Source of the DNA: the human T2T-CHM13v2.0 reference genome, Homo sapiens | Assembly: GCF_009914755.1 (NCBI RefSeq) | Contig: NC_060930.1 | Reading direction: 5' to 3' (one strand) | Length of the DNA stretch: 64,000 nucleotides | In this document: positions 14,645-27,200 of the stretch, in pieces | Layout of the letters: each line of letters begins with the position of its first letter | Position numbering within the stretch: the stretch's first letter is position 1 | The notes under the pieces: generated by a model | Databases searched by the model: none | Told to the model about the DNA's origin: nothing | Seen by the model: only the letters and a program-made list of their open reading frames with translations | Translations under genes and position numbers: made by a program

Positions 14645-14665
14645 CAGACAGAGACAGAGAGAGAG
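14603..14665. repeat. Compound microsatellite (CA)n(GA)n with GACA variants
   Basis: Read directly. Confidence 0.95.
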
Positions 14666-15374
14666 TTCTGCTTATTCTAAGTCTACATATGTCCTCTGAA
14701 CAAACGTGGCCTCAAATGCAAAACTCGCCCGTCTCGATATCCACATTTTTCTCCATTTTGCCCACGAATTTCTCTCTATCTTGTGTGTGCTCTTAAAAAC
14801 TTGTTCTGCATATTTTGGTCCATGTCTGCAGCTACCATTACTGGAGGCAGAAGTCAGATGTATTTGTTCTATATTCTCTCAATAAACTAAACCATATTAC
14901 ATGCATCCAACGCAATGCCATTAGCCAAACCAAATTATATAGGAAGAGACTGCACAAGAGACCTAGCGAATTGTCTGTAGACATGAGGTTTTCCTCAATC
15001 ATATTTTTGGCTTGTTGTACATGATTAAAATGAAACTATCTTATTGCTGTTTCAGAAGGAGTCTGATGAGATATACCTGCTAATATGCCTGGAATGTTAT
15101 TAAGATTTCAGAAATAACTGCACCTGCAAATCAATTAGCAGTGGCAGAGTAATTATCAGAAACAGAATTTCATGTACGACAAAGAATGCATCTGTACTTT
15201 GAGCTGTTGTTTTTGCCATTCGATTAGAATTTTTGTTGTTGTTGTTGTAAAAGCCAAAAATATGAAAAAGAATTGTGAAGAGGTAACACTGTTTAATTTC
15301 TGTAATCAAGTCTCTATTCATATTACATTTTCTCTTATATATACATGATTGTTATCCTCTGTGTATTTATAAAC

Positions 15375-15560
15375 AAATCAAAATATTCATTGAAATCCTC
15401 TCTATGTCATTCAGTGTGGTGGGCACCAGCAATAAAAAAAATATTTAAACAAAAGAAAATGTTTCCACCTGTAAAGGAGCTTTAAAAATCCTGTAAGGAA
15501 ACGTCCAAGCCCACAGATAATTCTAAAACAATGTGGAAGGTGATATGATAGAGGTTAGAA
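15375..15560 (-). mobile_element. L2 3' fragment
   Basis: 'aaatattcattgaaatcctctctatgtca...aaggagcttt...aaaacaatgtggaaggtgatatgatagagg'. Confidence 0.55.
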
Positions 15561-15726
15561 CAAAAGAGCTTTGCTTAAAATGCCAAAATAAAATACAAGC
15601 ATTTCACAAAATATTCAGTGGAAATGTGTTTTTCCTGACATAAAATTATTCCTCAATTATCCCCTGAAAGACTTACGTGGAAGAGATCCTCCCACTCCCA
15701 AGAGATCACCTGAGATCACTCTAAAA

Positions 15727-16021
15727 TAGAGGTCTCCAAACCCTGGGCAGCAGAATGCTGCTGGTCCATGGCCTGTTGGGAACTGGGCCACACAACGGGA
15801 GGTGAGCCACAGGTGAGAGAGCATTATTGCCTGAGCTCCGCCTCCTGTTAGATCAGCGTGAACCCTATTATGAACTGCGCATGCGAGGGATCTAGCGGCT
15901 CCTTATGAGAATCTAACGAAAAATGTGCTTGGATCCTCCTGAAACCATCCCTCTAACCTATCCATAGAAAAACTGCCTTCCATGAAACCGGTCCCTGGTG
16001 CCAAAAATGTTGGGACAACTG
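15727..16021 (+). mobile_element. MER1 (MER1A/B, hAT-Charlie MITE)
   Basis: 'gcctgagctccgcctcctgttagatcagc', 'gaactgcgcatgcgagggatctag', 'gaaaccggtccctggtgccaaaaa'. Perfect 8-bp TSD ctctaaaa at 15719-15726 and 16022-16029. Confidence 0.93.
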
Positions 16022-16293
16022 CTCTAAAAGATCAAAGTCCTTACTACCCATTGGAGAAAAGTGTTACTAAATGCCTCATTGATTCCACCAAACCCAGTGT
16101 TTACGTGCCATGCTTAAAAACATCTACTAATATCATCACTCAGCACACAAGGCTAGTTATTTCTGGGCTGTGGTCTGAACAGAAACATTGAAAATGACAG
16201 CTGCAGACCAGCTACAAATACTGTGAATAAGATAGTCCTTAATAGCTTTTGTTTATTTATTTTTTGCCCGTGGTCATAAACACTGACGTAGGC

Positions 16294-16378
16294 CAGTGGT
16301 GTGCTGGAGCTGGCTTGTACCAGCTTGTGACAGCTAACTGTACATATCTCATCCCAGCTCCATGATGAGTGATGATTT
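16294..16378. mobile_element. MER63-like (hAT-Blackjack) terminal fragment
   Basis: 'cagtggtgtgctggagctggcttgtaccagcttgtgacagctaactgtacatatctcatcccagctcc'. Confidence 0.65.
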
Positions 16379-16842
16379 GCGGGCAGTACAAAAGAGGGGA
16401 CATTTTACAAAGACGAAAATTGAAAAAAAGTTAAAGATCATTAAGGATGTTCCAAAACACTGACATTTTTGCAGAATTTCCATCATGAAAATGTATCTGA
16501 AATGAATGTGAAGACATAACATAGCTTTTCCAAGTTAGAATATAATTTGGAAAACCTTCAAAAAAACACTTATGGAGGCCATATGTCTAAAAAAAAATAA
16601 AAAAGGCAATTATCCTATGGCATGCAAAGCACTTTGAACTCTGAAATAAGATGTTAGCTGTATGAAAATAAACAAAATTTGCAAGTCAAAAAGTCTAAAA
16701 ATCTCTATAGATATATGTTACATCCTTTATATGTCCATATACACAGGTATATATTAATTAAACTTTATATAATTGAACTTTGAATGATCATTATCTGTGA
16801 CCAACGTCTAGGAGGCAAGAACACAAACACAATCCTTTAGGG

Positions 16843-17074
16843 CAAGGGTCTGCAAACTGTTGGTTCTTGGGCCAAACCTGGCCTGTGGCCTACTTCTCTT
16901 GAGCCTCAACTAACATTTTTATGTGTGTATTTCTAAAGGATCCTAAGGAAGCAAAAAAGAAAACAAAACAAAATAAAGCCAAACAACGAAGAATACATGA
17001 CAGAGACCATATGGCACTTGTAAAGTAAAATATTTACTACTTGGCCCTGTGCAGAAAAACTTTGCCACTTCCTA
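16843..17074 (+). mobile_element. MER58A (hAT-Charlie MITE)
   Basis: 'caagggtctgcaaact...gggccaaacctggcctg...acagagaccatatggc...aaaatatttactacttggccct..cagaaaaactttgcc'. 8-bp TSD ctttaggg on both sides. Confidence 0.9.
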
Positions 17075-17489
17075 CTTTAGGGCAAGGAAAGTAAAAGGAT
17101 GGCAATTAATTATATAACTAGAGAAGACCGGTTTTCCTAGTAATATAGATGACTTCAGGATGTAACTGAGCCATTACAGAATTGTGGGGTAAAGAGAGAA
17201 AGTTACTCAAAATGAACCCTTTTCTGAGAGGTAATGTTTTCACAACTTTACTAAATCAATTAGCTTTTGGGTCACATTCTCGGGCTTTGCTGTCATCATA
17301 ATATCTAAAAGGTGGACAATCAATTTGCTTTATACTAAATCAATTCAAAGGAATGCTTGTCTATTAACCCAAACAGTCCTTGAAAGACATAGCTACGTGT
17401 TTTTCAGAAAGCACTTTCTAGAAATTCATAAAATAGTCTCCAAAACCATTTTATAAATCTTTTCTACAAGGAGTAAAGCATGCTCACTA

Positions 17490-17708
17490 AAGCAGCCAGG
17501 GTTTGAGTTGCATTTTACCATCTGCTGGTTGTATGACCTTTGGCAAAATGATGCAAAGTCTCTTTCCTTCAGCTCTATTATTCATCTATATAAAGTGTAA
17601 TAAAGTAAAATCTATATACGGCATTGGGCTATAATCAGGATTAAATAATATAATAACAAAAAAGCACAGTCACAGAATTAAGTGCTCAATAAGAGTTTGC
17701 AATTACTA
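17490..17708 (+). mobile_element. MIR SINE
   Basis: 'tgtatgacctttggcaa...ttcatctatataaa...aggattaaataa...taagtgctcaataa'. Confidence 0.7.
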
Positions 17709-17899
17709 CCAATAAAGGCATCTCCAAGTTAGGCCTTCCATTTGTAATTACTGAAGCATTGAAATTTTTCTCTCGATTGATGGATCAGTTTAGTTAGATA
17801 GGTGTACATAATTTCCTGAATCAGAAATATTTTTGTTTCTCTATTTGCAATGTAATTTAAAAAAGAATTCAGAATGTGACTATGTTTGATTCTCAGTTA

Positions 17900-18297
<398 letters not shown>

Positions 18298-19524
18298 TTA
18301 AACCATCCCTGTCTTTGAAGAGTTAAGAAATGCCTAACCCTTTCAGGTTTCATTCCATAATGTCAGAAATCATGAAACTCACCATCACTTAAGGTATTGG
18401 TGTTTTCCCTTTCTATGACTTTTGGATAGTCATAGTTCTTTTTGTGATATGGCTAAGTGCTTAAATTGTTTGACTTAAACTGTCTGTAAAGTCTCTGACA
18501 ATGCATGAAAACCAGAGACTAAGACACCATTATTATCCTTTCAGAGCTTTCCAAATAATGTTGAAGAGAATTAGATTGGAAAAATAAGTCAGTCTGAAGA
18601 AGTCTGCTCATCTCAGGTACTGTACCTCAATATGACTCATTCAGGAGAGAATTTAGTAAGTCCCCAGTACCAAAGACAATGTCACCTTGTTACAAATGAC
18701 CATAATTGAAGCTTGGGGAAAGCTTCATAAAGAAACATGTCCTTGCCTGGCCTGATTCTGCAACTGAAGGGAAACAAGAGTACAAGGTCCTTTGTGTATT
18801 CAAGTAGAGTAAACACCATCAGGCCATTATAAAAGGGGTCATAGATTCCTGCATTTCTCTGGAGTTTTGACCATTTGAAATGAGAAACCTGTCAGATGAT
18901 GCTGAGTATTCTGAATTTCAAACTCTATTAGATTTCCAGGGGAGTGCAGTAATAAGTAGTTTTAAGTTCAGCAGTGCAAGGCAGTGCCACGTGGCTTGGA
19001 TTCTGTTAACATAAGAGTGATCTGGTTAGATGGAATGCTCCCTGGGAAGAAATTTTAGTTTTCCCTTTTGGAGTTGAAAATAAAAATAATGCTATTTTCT
19101 CTCTCACTGAGTTGCTCTTTTGTAGGCTTTTCTGGTGAAGTTACAATAAACCCATATGGATGAAATAAACAAGTTTCCCATTCAGATCCCCTGTGTATAA
19201 TCCACATCAACCTAATGTTTCCAATTGACTTAAAATAAAATTCAGATGCTTGAAGTCTATAACCATGGGAAGAAGGGAAATAGGAAAAACTTACAGAATG
19301 CGCAGAAGACATAAGAAAGCATATAAAATTGCATACTGCATTTTCACACTTTGTGACAACTTGAGGTCAAATAATATCTTAATTCTGTGTGTTGAAAACT
19401 GGTGGTTGAAGCAAAATGACTTAGACTACATATCTATTCCTTGCGGAAAATAAACAAAGTTTGATTAAACATCTAGCCTTGGTTTTCCTTGAAACAGTAG
19501 AAATCTAAAAATACTATCATAAGA

Positions 19525-19635
19525 CACAGAGTTTGAGAACAGGAAGGGATTTGGAGATGATCTATTCCAACTCCAGCATATTACATTAAAGAAATCAAGG
19601 CAGAGTCCTAAGTGACTCTGGTTTGCCCAAGTTCT
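19525..19635 (-). mobile_element. MIR-family fragment
   Basis: 'ggaagggatttggagatgatctattccaactcc...gaaatcaaggcagag..taagtgact...tttgcccaag'. Confidence 0.55.
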
Positions 19636-19656
19636 TTTTAAATATATTTTATCTTT

Positions 19657-20541
19657 TGTGGGGAAGAAGATTTTCCTCAGTCCTCTTAGGGTCCCTGGCT
19701 GGGTCTGAAAAGAAAACTGACAAAGACAAATTAACAGAAGAAAATATACAAATTTATGTAAGTTTTACATGACATGGGAGCCTTCATAAGGAAATGAAGA
19801 TCCAAAGAAACAGGAAAACGTGTGTATTTTTTATGCTAGATTTGATGAAGTGGATAGTCATGGAGAAATATAATTCGGTAAAAATGTATAGTCTGATGGT
19901 GATAAACTGTGGGAGACATAGTACGGCCTGTTTGTTTAGAATCTTCTCTGTGACCCTTTGTCCTTAGAGATGTTCTTTTCTTCCCAGTAAAGGGACACCT
20001 CAACATGAAGTCTTATGACCTGCTTCAGAGGAAGGTCACTGTTTTAGTCTGTTTTTATGCTGCTGATAAAGACATACCCGAAACTGAGCAATTTAAAAGA
20101 AAAAGAGGTTTAATGGACTTACAGCTCCATGTGGCTGGTGAGGTCTCACAACCATGGTGAAAGGCAAAAGGCACATCTTACATAGCAGCTGACAAGAGAG
20201 AATGAGAGAGTCGGGTGAAAGGGGTTTCCCCTTATAAAACCATCAGATCTTGTGAGACTTATTCACTACCACTAGAACAGTATGGGGGAAATCACCCCCA
20301 TGATTCATTCATCTCCCACTGGGCCCCTCCCACAACACAAGGGAATCATGGGAGTTACAATTCAAGATGAGATTTGGGTGGGGACACAGCTAAACCATAT
20401 CGGGCACAAAATCCTTCCAAGGTTTGACGGCCTTCTTCAGAGAAGAAGGGTTGAGGAAATCCAGAGTGACTTTCCTCCTTTTACTGTTTATTCAAATGCC
20501 AAGGTGCCATATTTTATGATAATGTTTCCTGAACCCCATCA
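19657..20541 (-). mobile_element. MER34/MER39-group ERV1 solo LTR, interrupted by THE1
   Basis: Minus strand starts TGATGGGGTTCAGGA...AAAATATGGCACCTTGGCATTTGA and ends ...TTCCCCACA. 4-bp flanks cttt/cctt. Confidence 0.75.
20040..20402 (-). mobile_element. THE1 (THE1B/C-like) solo LTR
   Basis: 'gctgctgataaagacatacccga', 'cccttataaaaccatcagatcttgtgagacttattcactacc', 'gatgagatttgggtggggacacag'. TSD gtcac/ggcac. Confidence 0.95.
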
Positions 20542-21179
20542 CCTTCAAACAAACATGATGGTATTTAAATCTTAATAAAAATGTAGGTTTTTGCATGTTA
20601 GTTCAAAATGATTTATTTTATAATTTTAGTTTAACTTTGAGATGTGGTACATGAAATTTGATTATTTTGCATTAATTTAGTAAATGCAATCTTTTGTAGC
20701 ACTTGAGTAGAATTAATAGATATTGATGACCCTATTAATTTAGTTTTTTTTTAACCAGCTTATATAGTAGGAAGATAGGCCTGAATTTTTATTTTGGTTA
20801 TGAGTATATGACTTCTAGAAATTTAAAAAAAAATTGTGACATAAGTTACATTATTAGCTTTATCTGTTATTTTGTTGAATCTTCACTTCAAAATTCAACA
20901 TATTTATAGGAAAAACTGGTTATCTGTTTAAAATAAACATGTACATTGTAAACATATACTCTAGATTAATTTGGAATATTCTAATTAAACTAGTGCTTTT
21001 GGATTTATCAACTATGTGTCAAAAAAGGTCTCATTCGAGTTTTCTAGATTTTTCTTCTTAAGTAATGTTTTTATTCCAAATAACAAAGAAATAGAATCGT
21101 TCCAAAGCAAGAAATATAAAACCATTATTGCTATTCTTAGCAGTTGAAAGAATAGTGACAAAAATGATTTAGCAATTTC

Positions 21180-21570
21180 ATTTCCAACTGATAAATGGAT
21201 AAACAAAATGTGATCTGTCAATACAATAGAATATTATTTTGCCATAAAAAGGAATAATGTAATTTCCATATTATTATGATGATGGACCTTAAAAACAATA
21301 TGCTATGTGAAAGAAGCTAGTTACAAAAGACCCCACAAATGGTATGATTCTATGTGAAGTGTTTATAATAAAAAGAAGGTAGTGGTTGCCCTGGATGAGG
21401 AGTAATCTTTAATAGGTATGAAGTTTCTCTCCGGGGTGATAAAAATGTTTTAGAATTAGGTAGCAGTGATAGTTGTGCAACTCTGTAAATATACTAAAAA
21501 ACATTGAATCATACAGTTTAAAAGGTAGAATTACATGGCATAAGAAGTTTATCTCAATAAAGCTGTTTAA
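21180..21570 (+). mobile_element. L1MB-type 3' end
   Basis: 'ccaactgataaatggataaacaaaatgtg', 'gtgaaagaagctag', 'ggggtgataaaaatgtttt', ends 'tatctcaataaagctgtt'. Confidence 0.85.
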
Positions 21571-22701
21571 GAATCACAGCTTGATTAATGACCTTCACCA
21601 GAGGCAAGAGTCTGCAACTGAATTTTTCTCACTGGTGAATGACAACAAATAGGAATAATTGTGTACCTCAAAAACATTACAGTATTTGTCTATATGATTA
21701 CAATATCTATTTTTCTGACTACAAGTGAACTCCAAAATAAATTATATATATATTCATGGTTAATATAATTTCCCATGTTGCTGAAATTTGTATATTGTTT
21801 TCCTTTACCAATGTAAGATCTGCTGGTGAGGGGAAATGACTGTCTGGTTTAATTATTGTTTATACGTTTAGAAATGGGATATTTAATTCTGTAAAAAATG
21901 GAGCTTGTCAATTTTAAAAGATAACAATTTGATTTAATTAAAAGTTTTGAGGTTTAATTGATAATAAGTAATGTGATGAAAGCCAAGCTTAGTAAAGTCT
22001 ATCTGCATAAATTTCGTGTTATCCATTGAAAAATAAAAATTAAGCTGAATTATCTAAATTTTCAGTATTCTTGATAAACATTATTTGAAACATTTGATTT
22101 TTTTTTCTTCAAAAACCTTTTAGGGAAAAACAATTCCGGAACTGCATGTTGAGATCCTAAATTTGTTAGGTACAGTAATATTTTTCAGTTTCAATGAATT
22201 TGATTTGCTGAACTTGATATGCTAAATGTGAATATTAATGCTCAAGTTATAATAGTGGTTTTTATTAATTTAAATCTTGTACAACTGGTTTAATAATTTT
22301 TCAAATAGCCCCTTGCCTACTTTTTCATGAAAGCAGCTAACTAGATCGGCTCTTAAATGTAAAGTAGGACAGTTTCATTGCGTTTGGTTGAAGCATATCC
22401 CACAAAGAAACACAATGCAGTAAAGCAAACTCCTTAACACCTATCAGGAAAAATATAACATTGTCTACATGTTACGTAAAAGACTCAGTTTTGGCAAAAA
22501 ATTTAATTCCTCTCTTCCATAATGGATGAATGCAATCACATAGGAAAACTGACAAGTAAAAATTATCCTCTGTCTTTTCTCTTGTCTGTATCATAGCAGA
22601 AATATTAAAACGTTAATAAAGTACATTTTACACAGTAAGACTATTTTCATAGTACATTTACATTATAAGAGTATAAGAAAGAAGGGATAGGATTTATCAT
22701 T

Positions 22702-23135
22702 TGTAGTAGACTAAGTAATGACCTTCAAAGATATCAGATCCCAATGCCTGGAACCTGTACATATTATCTACTGGGAAAAAGGGTCTTTGCAGAAAAAGAT
22801 CTTGAGATGGAGAGATTATCCTGGATCATCTAGCTGATCATCTAGGGCCCTAAATGCAATCACAAATGTCTTTATAAGAATGAGACAGAAGGACACAGAC
22901 TTAAGAGGCATTAAGCAATTTGATCACAGAGGCAGAGATTGGAGTGATGTAGCCACAAACCAACGAATGCCAGCAACCACCAGAAGCTGGAAGAAGCAAA
23001 GAACCCTTGAGTCTCCAAAGATAATACAGCCTGGTTGGATTTCTGGCCTCCAGAACAGCAAGGGAATACATTTCTGTTTTCTTAAATCACCAAGTTTGTT
23101 TTAATTTGTTACAACAGCCACAGGAAACTCATATA
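22702..23135 (+). mobile_element. MLT1C/D-like solo LTR
   Basis: 'gatcttgagatggagagattatcctggat', 'gaggcagagattggagtgatg', 'ccagaagctggaagaagcaa', 'tttgttacaacagccacaggaaact'. TSD tcatt/tcact. Confidence 0.9.
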
Positions 23136-23632
23136 TCACTCATGACAAATTATTCCTTAACTAAAGTGTTTTAGACACCTTTTTGCCTGGAGGCAGTAAT
23201 TTAAGCAGATAATTGCAGGAAACCCCTTAAGGGTTTTCGGATTAAAAGAGATGTCAAAGCAATAGTGCTAAATCCTTACCCACTTTTTCAGTTTGTCTCT
23301 GTTCTAGACCCTTGACTTGAATACCCCCAGAAACAGAGAGCTCAAACCCCTCAGTCAATACATACCACCTATGAACTGATCTGTTTTCTAGAAACCACTT
23401 ATGTGTGCATGTATGTGTGTTTGTGTGTATGTTAACAAATCTGAACTGAAACACCTCTCTGTGTTTTTTTCCTTTCATCGGTTAGTCCTTAAGAGGCACA
23501 TTTAACATGTTTAATCCATTTCCCAATTTATTGGCCCTTAATTATTTGAAAGCAGTTCCCCACATCTTCCATTTTTGAGACTAAATGTTATAAATTAATT
23601 GTTAATTTATCATTTGATGTCAGCCTTTGACT

Positions 23633-23818
23633 CAGTCATTCTTAAGTGGTTTATCACGACCTGCAACATCAGTATCACCTGGAAACATAGCGGAAACGCA
23701 AATGCTTAGCCCCATCTCAGGTCTACTGAATCAGAAACCAGAGGATAGGGCCTAGCAATCTGTTTTTAACAAGCCTTTGAAGTGATTCTGATATTTGTTG
23801 AAAATTAAGAGCCATTTG
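23633..23818. mobile_element. MER5A (hAT-Charlie)
   Basis: 'catcagtatcacctggaaac...aatgc...ctactgaatcagaaac...gggcctagcaatctgtttttaacaagc...gtgattctgat'. Confidence 0.85.
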
Positions 23819-24354
23819 TTTTACCTATCATATACTACTAGCATTATTATTTTTGAGGGTCCTGAAATAAACAGAGCTACAGTGTTAGGTAAACGTAGAT
23901 AATATTCAAGCTTTATGCCACACTTTTAGGTTAATTTTAAAATAAATGTAAAGGCCTTAAAATGACATTCCCCAAATACTCAATGTTACTTGTTTCCATT
24001 GAACTTCAATTAATTTTCACTGTGTAACCTCAGAGCACGTTTGAATGTGCGCAGTTCTCTCTCCAGGAAAACATCAGTGTCTGTTCATAAAGGTAATGAT
24101 CAAATCAATTAACAACACAGAAATGGGTACTTTTGAATTTGTAGGGCGGTAGCAGGTGTACCAATAATAACACATCAGTATTAACTTAGACACTTATTGG
24201 TTAATCAACTGATAGCTGTGAAATTTATAGTGCTGACCTGATTATACTCAAGTCAAAAGAGGAATGTGTTACATAAAGGAAAATCAACCCATCCAGCTCA
24301 TTCAATGACAGCATAGTTTCATTCTGTATGTGTGTAAAACTCAATAATATTCCA

Positions 24355-24465
24355 TTGTTGAGTTCCATCAACAAATACTCATTCAATTTCAACTTTGTTC
24401 CAGGCATGTAAGTGCCAGAAATCATGCAGGCAATAAAACAGACAAATATACCTGCTGTATTATAG
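24355..24465 (-). mobile_element. L2 3' end
   Basis: 'catcaacaaatactcatt...tgttccaggc...aataaaacagacaaatatacctgc'. Confidence 0.6.
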
Positions 24466-24479
24466 TGGCGAAAATATAA

Positions 24480-24693
24480 GTATTTATACTATTGAGCACA
24501 TACAATGTGTCAGGCATCGTTCTAAGCACATATCAAACTGGGGGGGTAAGTACTATTATTGTTTCTTTAAACATATCAAGAAACAGGGGCAGAGAGATTT
24601 ACTAGTTTTCCCAGCTAGTAACTGGTGAAGCTCTGAATAAAACCTGTTGGGACTGTGGATATCACATTCTTTGCCACTGTACTTTATTGCCTC
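24480..24693 (-). mobile_element. MIR SINE
   Basis: 'tattgagcacatacaatgtgtcaggcatcgttctaagcac...gtaagtactattatt...gaaacaggggcagagaga'. Confidence 0.75.
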
Positions 24694-25739
24694 ATAATTC
24701 AGAGAATTTAAAGAATGATCTTGGTTGCATGAAAGGAAATATCATGGCTTCAGAATAATGAACCATAAGAAGAAAAAGTATCAATAAAAAATAGTCATTA
24801 AATAATGAAGCCTTAGGTTAAAAAACTACCTTATTTTCCATGGCAGCTACCTAGTGTGGTAATGTGGATCGCTTCAAGGTAGCAAGTTATAGAATACTAG
24901 TGAGAAAAGATTAGTACCTTCAAAACAATATGGTTTTTGTTTTGTTTTGTTTTGTTTGAGGAGAGCTCTAGTAAAAAAAAAAAAAATATGCATACAGTTG
25001 ATTTTGGAAGAACTTTGTACTTAAAGGGAGAATGATGCAAGCAAAGACACCAAGTGGTAAGAGCAGATTACTTAGAATCTAAGTTCCTAGGTGGTTTTTG
25101 TACCTAATCTGATTGAAAAAGCCCTCATTTTTAAGCAACAAATCATGTTTAAGATATTAATCAAAGGCTAAAGATTTATAAGAAAATCATGGGTGGGAAG
25201 AGGACAGAGACCTCACAGGCAGGGGAGAAACCACAGTTTGCAAAAGCCCACACTTAATTCTGTAAATACTACTGTGGACCTCTGATAATGAGGCCACTTC
25301 TATCCTACACCCTGAGTCGACTCAACAATGTCAGTGTTGGGTTTCAAAGTTAAAGCAGATGTTTTATTCTACTGGAATGATAAGGCCAAGCTTGACAGTG
25401 TGGAAAAAACTTGGAATAACTCAAAAAGTAACAGTGAGAACTTCCTAGAAGAATATAAAGCTGATTTAGAGAGGAAGGTGGAGAAGAATAAGTACTTAAA
25501 TATTAAATAAAAGATTCAGTTTAATGGAAAGAAAAAATGGTAACATTGAGCTCTTAACTCCAACCCTGTAGCAGTTGTTGCTGGTCTCTGGATAACACCA
25601 AGAATACACAGACCACAGACTCAAGCCATAATGTACCTGTGAATATCTGTATTTATTTTGTGCCCTCAAGTTGCTAACATTGGTATCTGTAGCTCCCTCT
25701 TCTGAAGCAAGTATGAACAAATTTCAGATTCACTTCCCT

Positions 25740-26142
25740 GTTTTAAACTTTTCGTTAATACTGCCTCCAGTAGCATCCCTAATATCACCACTCTAAGAAA
25801 CTGCTTTCTTTCTTCACTTCTTATACAACTTATCTCTTTGACACAGCGCATCATAGCAGAGTAGCTTATCTGTAAAGCACAGGATCATACAGACAGGTCT
25901 CCTCATTCACTCTGCTCCCAACCTTATCCTTCTTTTCGCACTGTGTTGTACACCAGCCCAACACATCTTATCTTCCACTGACTACTACCATGATTTTCTG
26001 TTCATCAGTGCTCCCTCTTTCACATCACCCTTAAACTAGCCTTCCGTGGCAGCTGCATTCTCAGCTTTGATTTCTCACTGTGTTTCCTAGCATGGTACCT
26101 TGAAACTAATAGGCAAACAACAAATATTTTTGAATAAATTAA
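25740..26142 (+). mobile_element. L2 3' region
   Basis: Pyrimidine-rich, ends 'ctcactgtgtttcctagcatggtacct...aataggc...caaatatttttgaataaattaa'. Confidence 0.55.
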
Positions 26143-26254
26143 CAAACCACAAATACACTCACTTACCTACACCTACTTAGGAAAACTGGAGAGCTTTAGA
26201 GGCAAAGAAACCAAATGAGTAAGGAGCATTGTTACTGTAGCCCCGCATGACTAG

Positions 26255-26395
26255 TAAAGGGTATAAGGAAGTCATCTGCACGGATAGAAATGCTCTCTGT
26301 TTTGTTTTGGGTGTTGGTTATGAAAGCCTATACAATTGTCAAAATTCATTAAATCTTAACATCTCTGCAGTGAATTATATCTTAATTATACATCC
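26255..26395 (+). mobile_element. L1ME-type 3' terminal fragment
   Basis: 'gatagaaatgctctctgttttgttttgggtgttggttat...tatacaattgtcaaaattcatt...aattatatctta'. Confidence 0.6.
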
Positions 26396-27079
26396 ATTAA
26401 AAGTGAAAAAGTGAAAGTCACAACACCCTGACCTCGACAACTCAGAAAGTTCATATTAAATTAGGCAGAGGTTTCCCAACTACTGGTGGTGAATTCCAGG
26501 TAGACTCAGTTATTGGAGGGCATCCACAAACCTGGAAGTAAACTAGGCATTCTCTGTAGATCAAATAAATATGTGACATGCTAAAATTTTTAAAGTTTAA
26601 GAAGATTCACACTGTTGCAATCGATTAAATGGAACTGTATATAAAATTGTTTATAGTTTATTTCTAATTTATTTTTAACAATCAACTGATAGTAATATAG
26701 AGTGGTTATATTTACATTTGTTTTACATTACAAAGGGTTATACTGCTGAGATGGTGAGAATGATTGATATCAGGTAAGTAAAACTGTTTTGTTAATTATA
26801 CAGAATCACATACATCAAAAGTTGCCATGTTCATCAGTGACTTTGGAGACTTGATTACTTGCACCCAAATATTTCAGTTTCAGAAAGGAAAACATGTTCA
26901 GCTGCTTAGCAGTTTGAGGAACTATAATTGACAGGTTTCTGGCATTAAAAAAGACAAGATGGTATGTCTTTAGAAGTTCTGACATTATTCAACATACATT
27001 CTGCCTAGTATGTGTATGAGGGAAACCCTGGCAAATTGAGAACAAACGGGGAATAATTTGTTCTTCTCAGTTATATTCT

Positions 27080-27200
27080 ACATGGAGCACAGAAGACCTG
27101 CCTTTTTCTCTCAGTTGTGCCACTAATCCACTCTGTGATAATGTGAACAAGTTAGTTAAATTCTGATCAAGTTCTTCATCTGTAAAAACACATGAGATTT
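27080..27200 (+). mobile_element. MIR fragment
   Basis: 'cagaagacctg...tgccactaatccactctgtga...gaacaagtta...ttcttcatctgtaaaa'. Confidence 0.6.

Noticed and set aside
24055-24098. Possible 26-nt plus-strand exon (ctccag|...aag|gtaatg), and isolated GTAAGT donors near 26160, 31895, 39804 and 54481-54500 on the minus strand
   Set aside because: The sites are weak or unpaired, and expected at background frequency.
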